Positions 50,331-55,925 of a DNA stretch of 55,925 nt are shown here, piece after piece. Source of the DNA: an uncultured Synechococcaceae cyanobacterium (GTDB lineage Bacteria > Cyanobacteriota > Cyanobacteriia > PCC-6307 > Cyanobiaceae); NCBI GenBank assembly GCA_903934375.1, contig CAIZNP010000028.1, positions 1-55,925 of the forward strand, in the 5' to 3' direction. A program made the position numbers and the translations under genes. Position 1 is the first letter of the stretch; every line of letters starts with the position of its first letter. The notes below the pieces were generated by a model. It did no database searches. It was given only the letters and a program-made list of their open reading frames with translations, and was not told the DNA's origin.

Positions 50331-50392
50331 CGCCCTTGCTGCAATGCCGCCAGGATGGCAGGCGTGGGACGTTGCTGCAGCAGGTTGAAGCG

Positions 50393-51010
50393 ATGAGCAG
50401 TCGTTTGCGCGTCGGCGTCGCCGGCCCGGTGGGTTCCGGTAAGACGGCGCTCGTGGAAGCGCTCTGCCGCCGGCTGCGTGATCGCCTGCAGCTGGCCGTG
50501 GTCACCAACGACATCTACACCCAGGAGGATGCCCAGTTCCTCACCCGTGCCGGTGCCCTCGAGCCGGCCCGCATCCGCGGGGTGGAGACCGGCGGATGCC
50601 CCCACACCGCCATCCGCGAGGACTGCTCGATCAATCGGGCCGCCGTCGCGGAGCTGGAGGCGGCCTTCCCCGGTCTGGACCTGGTGCTGGTGGAAAGCGG
50701 CGGCGACAACCTGGCCGCCAGCTTCAGCCCCGAGCTGGTGGATCTCTGCATCTATGTGATCGACGTGGCCGCCGGCGACAAGATCCCGCGCAAGGGCGGG
50801 CCCGGCATCACCCGCTCCGATCTGCTGGTGATCAACAAGATCGATCTGGCCCCGCTGGTGGGGGCCAGCCTTGCGGTGATGCAGGCGGACACTGAACGCA
50901 TGCGGCCCGGTCGGCCCTGGTGCTTCACCAACCTCCGCAGCGGTGAGGGGCTGGAGGTTGTGGAGGGGTTCCTGCTGGCCCAGTTGCCGTCGTCGGTCGG
51001 CGACAGGTGA
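50393..51010 (+). CDS. ureG: Urease accessory GTPase UreG
   Basis: [46 protein letters not shown]. Confidence 0.97.
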   Translation: MSSRLRVGVAGPVGSGKTALVEALCRRLRDRLQLAVVTNDIYTQEDAQFLTRAGALEPARIRGVETGGCPHTAIREDCSINRAAVAELEAAFPGLDLVLVESGGDNLAASFSPELVDLCIYVIDVAAGDKIPRKGGPGITRSDLLVINKIDLAPLVGASLAVMQADTERMRPGRPWCFTNLRSGEGLEVVEGFLLAQLPSSVGDR

Positions 51011-51116
51011 ACCGAGAGGTCGTGAATTGTGGGCAAGTCCCCGGTTCTTGGTTGGAACAATGCAGCAATATCAGCCAACAGGAGTGTCACCCTGGCTCCT
51101 CAGCGTCATATAGGCC

Positions 51117-51147
51117 GCATGGAAGCGCCGAGTCGGCGCTTCCATGC
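51117..51147. repeat. Perfect inverted repeat
   Basis: GCATGGAAGCGCCGA-G-TCGGCGCTTCCATGC (15-bp arms). Confidence 0.9.
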
Positions 51148-51402
51148 TCCCCGTGCCGGTGACCAAGGGGCCTGAGTGTGGGCACCCCCCAGGGGGGGGG
51201 AGGCCAGCCGTCGAAAGCCGCCACGGCGACAATCGCCAGCCTGGCGGCCTGACGGGAGAACAGTCGCCGCAGCAGGCCCAATGGAGCTTGGCATCGTTGG
51301 TTAAGGCCAGGGAGCTCTCCCGTTTCGCCTGTCGGCGCTTGCCGGGTGCTGCGGTGGGAGCCAGCCGATGGGCGCACTGCCAGGTGAGCGCTTGGCAAAA
51401 CA

Positions 51403-51445
51403 GTGTCAACAGTTACACAGCTCTCGGCTGTGTGCTGGATACCTT
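51403..51445 (+). promoter_or_regulatory. Putative NtcA-type promoter for urtABCD
   Basis: GTGTCAACAGTTAC (GTG-N8-TAC), 23 nt, then TACCTT (TAN3T). Confidence 0.65.
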
Positions 51446-51499
51446 CCAGTCACCGCTGATCGCAGCGGCAACATTCAGCGGTTTCCCGTAGGAGTTTTC

Positions 51500-52792
51500 A
51501 TGGATCCCCTTCAGATGCGCAAACTGGCCATGCGCTCGATCGCCGGAACCACGGCACTCGCCGCCAGCCTTTCGCTGGTGGCCTGCGGCGGCGGCGAGAA
51601 GGCCAGCGGCGATTTCGATGGCGAAGTGAAGGTGGGGATCCTTCACTCCCGCTCCGGCACCATGGCCATCTCCGAGAACACGGTGGCCGAAGCCGAGCTG
51701 ATGGCGATCGATGAAATCAACGCCAAGGGTGGCGTCACCATCGACGGCAAGAAGCTGAAGATCGTTCCCGTCGAGGAGGACGGCGCTTCTGATTGGCCCA
51801 CCTTCGCCGAGAAAGCCAAGAAACTGATCGATCAGGATCAGGTGGCTGTGGTGTTCGGTGGCTGGACCTCCGCCAGCCGCAAGGCGATGCTGCCGGTGTT
51901 CGAGGCCAAGGATCACTTCCTCTTCTACCCGATTCAGTACGAAGGCCAGGAGTGCTCCAAGAACATCTTCTACAGCGGTGCCTCCCCCAACCAGCAGGCT
52001 GAGCCCGCTGTGGACTGGCTGCTGAAGAACAAGGGCAAGGACTTCTTCCTGGTGGGTTCGGACTACGTGTATCCGCGTACGGCCAACACCATCATGAAGG
52101 AGCAGCTCAAGGCCAATGGCGGCAAGGTCGTCGGTGAGGACTACCTGCCCCTGGGCAACACCGAGGTGGCTCCGATCATCGCCAAGATCAAGCAGGCCCT
52201 GCCCAAGGGTGGTGTGATCGTCAACACCCTCAACGGCGACAGCAACGTGGCCTTCTTCAAGCAGATGAAGGCCGCTGGCATCACCCCGGCGAATGGCTAC
52301 TCGATCATGAGCTTCTCGATTGCCGAGGAGGAGATCGCCGCCATCGGTCCTGAGTACCTGGAAGGCACCTACGCCGCCTGGAACTACTTCCAGAGCCTGG
52401 ATACCCCGGCTTCCAAGAAGTTCACCGCCGACTTCAAGGCCAAGTACGGCGACAAGCGGGTCACCAACGACCCCGCTGAAGCCGCCTACATGATGATCTA
52501 CCTCTGGGCTGCTGCTGCCGAGAAGGCCAACAGCGTGGACGACAACAAGGTGCGTGAGGCCCTGATCGGCGTCAGCTTCGACGCTCCCGAGGGCAAGGTG
52601 ACCGTGCAGCCCAACCACCACGTCGAGAAGCTCGTGCTGATCGGCGAGGTGCAGAAGGACGGCATGTTCAAGATCCTCGAGAACAAGGGCTTCGTGAAGC
52701 CTGTGGCCTGGAACCAGTACGTGCCCGAAACCAAGGGCTACACCTGCGACTGGACCCAGAAGCGCCCCGACGCCGGCAAGTACAAGATGTGA
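51500..52792 (+). CDS. urtA: Urea ABC transporter substrate-binding protein
   Basis: AGGAG RBS; LVAC lipobox; VGILHSRSGTMAISE, EDGASDWPTFAEKA, FGGWTSASRKA, QYEGQE, GSDYVYPR, NTLNGDSN. Confidence 0.96.
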   Translation: MDPLQMRKLAMRSIAGTTALAASLSLVACGGGEKASGDFDGEVKVGILHSRSGTMAISENTVAEAELMAIDEINAKGGVTIDGKKLKIVPVEEDGASDWPTFAEKAKKLIDQDQVAVVFGGWTSASRKAMLPVFEAKDHFLFYPIQYEGQECSKNIFYSGASPNQQAEPAVDWLLKNKGKDFFLVGSDYVYPRTANTIMKEQLKANGGKVVGEDYLPLGNTEVAPIIAKIKQALPKGGVIVNTLNGDSNVAFFKQMKAAGITPANGYSIMSFSIAEEEIAAIGPEYLEGTYAAWNYFQSLDTPASKKFTADFKAKYGDKRVTNDPAEAAYMMIYLWAAAAEKANSVDDNKVREALIGVSFDAPEGKVTVQPNHHVEKLVLIGEVQKDGMFKILENKGFVKPVAWNQYVPETKGYTCDWTQKRPDAGKYKM

Positions 52793-52851
52793 TTCCGCGG
52801 GCGGGCCTTCTGCCCGCCCCATCCAATCGGTCATCACCATTAGAGCGTCAG

Positions 52852-52878
52852 CGGGGGAGAGAGATCTCCCCCGTTTTT
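52852..52878 (+). terminator. Rho-independent terminator-like hairpin after urtA
   Basis: CGGGGGAGA-gaga-TCTCCCCCG-TTTTT; a second hairpin GGGCGGGC/GCCCGCCC lies just after the stop. Confidence 0.75.
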
Positions 52879-52932
52879 GTTCCTGGCGCTTCGCGTTTTT
52901 CCCTTCCCTCTGCCTGATCCACGCCGATCGCA

Positions 52933-54090
52933 ATGGATCTTCTCTACGACACACTCTTCAACGGCCTGGCCATCGGCTCGGTGCTGGTGCTGGCGGCCTT
53001 GGGCCTGGCGGTGGTCTTTGGGTTGATGGGTGTCATCAACATGGCCCACGGCGAGTTGATGATGCTCGGCGCCTACACCACCTTCGTGGTGCAGAACATC
53101 TTCAAGGCCGTGCTGCCAGAAGCCCTGTTCCCGATCTACATCCTGGTGTCGATTCCACTGGCCTTTCTGGTGAGTGGCCTGGCGGGTCTGCTGCTGGAAA
53201 AGACGGTGATCCGCCGTCTGTATGGCCGGCCTCTGGAAACGCTGCTGGCCACCTGGGGCGTCAGCCTGATCCTGCAGCAGTTCGTGCGCTCGGTGAGCAG
53301 CGCCTTCGCCATCGGCCTGGTGCTGGCGGTGGCCGGTGGAATATTGATTCCGCGTTTCACGCCGAAGGCCTGGTGGCAACAACGCTGGACGCCCCTGCTC
53401 GGCACCGGTAGCTGGATTGTGAGTGGTGGCATCGGCATCGGCATCGCCTCCGCCCTCGGCAATCAGCGCGCCCTGGATCAGCCCTGGTTCAGTGCCCGCA
53501 ACATCGATGTGACCGCCCCCACCTGGCTGCGCGGTTCGATCGATGTCGGTGCCGTGAACATGCCGGCGGCCCGTCTGTTCATCATTGCGCTCACGGTGAT
53601 CGCCCTGCTGGCCGTGAGCTGGTTCCTGCAGAAGAGCGTCTGGGGCATGCGCATCCGGGCCGTGACTCAGAACCGGCCGATGAGCGATTGCCTCGGCATC
53701 CCCACCGAGAAGGTGGATGCACTCACCTTCCTGATCGGCTCCGGCCTGGCCGGCGTGGCCGGCGTGGCCGTGACGCTGCTCGGTTCGGTGGGTCCGAACC
53801 TTGGCGGTAACTACATCGTGGACTGTTTCATGGTGGTGGTGCTCGGTGGCGTGGGCAAGCTGGCCGGCACCGTGCTGGCGGCTCTGGGCATCGGCGTTCT
53901 GAGTTACATCGTGGGCTCCGGTTCGCTGCTGCTGGTGTGGCCGGCGATGCCTGCGGGTCTCAATGATCTGATCACGTTCTTTGCCACCACCTCAATGGCG
54001 AAGGTGCTGGTGTTCGCATTGATCGTGGTCTTCCTGCAGATCAGACCAGCCGGTCTGTTCCCGCAGAAGGGCCGCATGGTGGAGGCCTGA
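52933..54090 (+). CDS. urtB: Urea ABC transporter permease UrtB
   Basis: FGLMGVINMAHGELMMLGAY, RPLETLLATWGVSL, IRAVTQNR, RPAGLFPQKGR. Confidence 0.95.
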   Translation: MDLLYDTLFNGLAIGSVLVLAALGLAVVFGLMGVINMAHGELMMLGAYTTFVVQNIFKAVLPEALFPIYILVSIPLAFLVSGLAGLLLEKTVIRRLYGRPLETLLATWGVSLILQQFVRSVSSAFAIGLVLAVAGGILIPRFTPKAWWQQRWTPLLGTGSWIVSGGIGIGIASALGNQRALDQPWFSARNIDVTAPTWLRGSIDVGAVNMPAARLFIIALTVIALLAVSWFLQKSVWGMRIRAVTQNRPMSDCLGIPTEKVDALTFLIGSGLAGVAGVAVTLLGSVGPNLGGNYIVDCFMVVVLGGVGKLAGTVLAALGIGVLSYIVGSGSLLLVWPAMPAGLNDLITFFATTSMAKVLVFALIVVFLQIRPAGLFPQKGRMVEA

Positions 54091-54093
54091 TCG

Positions 54094-55251
54094 ATGGCTG
54101 ATTGGTTCGCCTCCCGCCAGCTGCGTCGCTGGCTTCCCTGGGTGCTGATCGTGGCGGCTGCTCTGGTGCTGCCTGCACTGCTGCCGCCGTTCCGGCTGAA
54201 CCTGCTGGGTCGTTTTCTTTCCTTGGGGATCGTTGCGCTCGGCATCGATCTGATCTGGGGCTACACCGGCATGCTCAGCCTCGGCCAGGGCATCTTCTTC
54301 GCTCTCGGCGGCTATGCCCTGGGCATGTATCTGCAGCTCGACAGCCTCGAGCCCGGCCAGCTGCCGGAGTTCTTCTCGCTGTATGGCGTCAAGAGCCTGC
54401 CGGCCTTCTGGCAGCCGTTCAATTCGCCGCTGTTCACCTTCTTTGCGATCTGGGTGATCCCGGCCTTGGTGGCAGGCGTGCTCGGCTACCTGGTGTTCCG
54501 CAATCGCATCAAGGGGGTTTACTTCTCGATCCTCACCCAGGCAGCCCTGCTGGTGTTCTTCAACTTTTTCAACGGCCAGCAGAAGTTGATCAACGGCACC
54601 AATGGTCTCAAGACCGATACCGCCGTGATCTTCGGTCAGTTGGTGGGCAGCGACGGCATGCAGCGGGTCCTGTTCTGGATCACGGTGCTGCTGACGATCG
54701 GCGCCTTCCTGCTCTGCCGCTGGCTAACGGCCGGTCGCTTCGGCGATGCCCTGATCGCCATCCGCGACGACGAACCGCGACTGCGCTTCACCGGCTACAA
54801 CCCCACCGCCTACAAAACCGTGGTGTTTGCGGTGGCCGGTGCCCTGGCGGGCATCAGCGGTGCCCTGTACACCGTGCAGTCCGGCATCGTCTCGCCCCAG
54901 TACATGGCGGTGCCCTTCTCGATCGAGATGGTGATCTGGGTAGCGGTGGGCGGCCGCGGCACCCTGATCGGCGCCGTGCTCGGCGCCGTGCTGATCAACT
55001 ACGCCAAGAGCCTGGTGAGCGAGGCCCTGCCGGAAACCTGGCTGTTCATCCAGGGTGGTCTGTTCCTGCTGGTGGTCACGGCCCTGCCGGACGGGCTGGT
55101 GGGCTGGTGGCGCAGTGGCGGCCCGGCCCGGCTGATCGCCCTGGTGGCGCCGCCGCCGAAGCTCTCCACCTATCCCGATCTCGACCTCAATCCCGCGGTG
55201 AAGGCAGAGCAGCAGCAGTTGGAAGGCCCGTCCGGCGGAGACTTGTCATGA
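54094..55251 (+). CDS. urtC: Urea ABC transporter permease UrtC
   Basis: DLIWGYTGMLSLGQG, IKGVYFSILTQA, AIRDDEPRLRFTGY, SIEMVIWVAVGGRG. Confidence 0.95.
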   Translation: MADWFASRQLRRWLPWVLIVAAALVLPALLPPFRLNLLGRFLSLGIVALGIDLIWGYTGMLSLGQGIFFALGGYALGMYLQLDSLEPGQLPEFFSLYGVKSLPAFWQPFNSPLFTFFAIWVIPALVAGVLGYLVFRNRIKGVYFSILTQAALLVFFNFFNGQQKLINGTNGLKTDTAVIFGQLVGSDGMQRVLFWITVLLTIGAFLLCRWLTAGRFGDALIAIRDDEPRLRFTGYNPTAYKTVVFAVAGALAGISGALYTVQSGIVSPQYMAVPFSIEMVIWVAVGGRGTLIGAVLGAVLINYAKSLVSEALPETWLFIQGGLFLLVVTALPDGLVGWWRSGGPARLIALVAPPPKLSTYPDLDLNPAVKAEQQQLEGPSGGDLS

Positions 55252-55925
55252 CCTTGCTCGAACTGCGGGGCGTGACCGTCAGCTTCGACGGCTTCCTCGC
55301 CCTCAACGACCTCAACCTGCAGCTGGCCCCCGGTGAGCTGCGTGCCGTGATCGGCCCCAACGGCGCCGGCAAGACCACGTTCCTCGATGTGATCACCGGC
55401 AAGGTGCGCCCCACCCAGGGGGATGTGTTGTTCCGCGGTCGCTCCCTGGTGGGGCAGAGCGAACACCGCATCTCCCGGCTGGGAATCGGCCGCAAGTTCC
55501 AGACGCCGCGCGTCTATCAGAACCTCTCGCCGCGCCGCAATCTCGAGCTGGCGGTGCGTGGGCCCCATGGCCCGGCTGCGTTGCTGTTCGGCAGCCTGAG
55601 CAGCGAGCAGCGCGATCGCGTGCAGCACCTGCTGGGGGTGGTGGGCCTGGAGGTGCATGCCAACCAGCCCGCCGGTGGCCTCTCCCATGGCCAGAAGCAA
55701 TGGCTGGAGATTGCGATGCTCGTGGCGCAGGACCCGGAGCTGCTGCTCGTGGACGAGCCGGTGGCCGGCCTCACCGATGAGGAGACGGCCCTCACCGGTG
55801 AGCTGCTGCGCCAGCTGGCCGGCGATCACACCGTGCTGGTGATCGAGCACGACATGGAGTTCATCCGCGATCTGCAGGCACCGGTCACGGTGCTGCATGA
55901 GGGCCATGTGCTCTGCGAGGGCTCG
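55248..55925 (+). CDS. urtD: Urea ABC transporter ATP-binding protein UrtD (partial, runs off the window)
   Basis: Manual translation: MTLLELRGVTVSFDGFLALN...IGPNGAGKTTFLDVITGK...GIGRKFQTP...LSHGQKQWLEI...LVDEPVAG...IEHDM. Confidence 0.95.
   Translation, partial: MTLLELRGVTVSFDGFLALNDLNLQLAPGELRAVIGPNGAGKTTFLDVITGKVRPTQGDVLFRGRSLVGQSEHRISRLGIGRKFQTPRVYQNLSPRRNLELAVRGPHGPAALLFGSLSSEQRDRVQHLLGVVGLEVHANQPAGGLSHGQKQWLEIAMLVAQDPELLLVDEPVAGLTDEETALTGELLRQLAGDHTVLVIEHDMEFIRDLQAPVTVLHEGHVLCEGS

Noticed and set aside
46069-50392. Mobile element explaining the ureF-ureG insertion
   Set aside because: No transposase, integrase, tRNA or terminal/direct repeats recognised at the boundaries.

Overview
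High-GC cyanobacterial DNA. Gene content and protein style suggest a Cyanobium/freshwater Synechococcus-type picocyanobacterium (inference). Nearly the whole window is a nitrogen-assimilation supercluster: partial ppk, an MFS transporter, molybdenum-cofactor genes (moaC, moeA, moaE, moaD, moaB, moaA, mobA), an HPP-family (NitM-like) transporter, an FdhF/YdeP molybdoenzyme, cynS-narB, nrtABCD followed by an NtcA-like Crp regulator, narM, a CnaT-like protein, nirA, a HEAT-CbiX fusion with cobA (siroheme), ureDABC/ureEF/ureG and urtABCD (partial). Two less-explained systems are interleaved. (1) A four-gene circularly permuted ATP-grasp / alpha-E / transglutaminase / DUF2126 amidoligase operon. 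It is preceded, and internally punctuated, by GTA-N8-TGC boxes, one matching the NtcA-type box upstream of cynS-narB at 13/14 positions. (2) A dispersed c-di-GMP set: a DsbA-coupled PAS-GGDEF-EAL protein, an orphan substrate-binding protein coupled to an intact diguanylate cyclase, a degenerate GGDEF membrane protein, and two tandem PilZ proteins behind a GATC-rich 12-bp tandem repeat. Three genes look disrupted (yjbQ-like, an SBP paralog, mlaD-like). All calls come from motif recognition by eye. No database searches were run, and several start codons are estimates.
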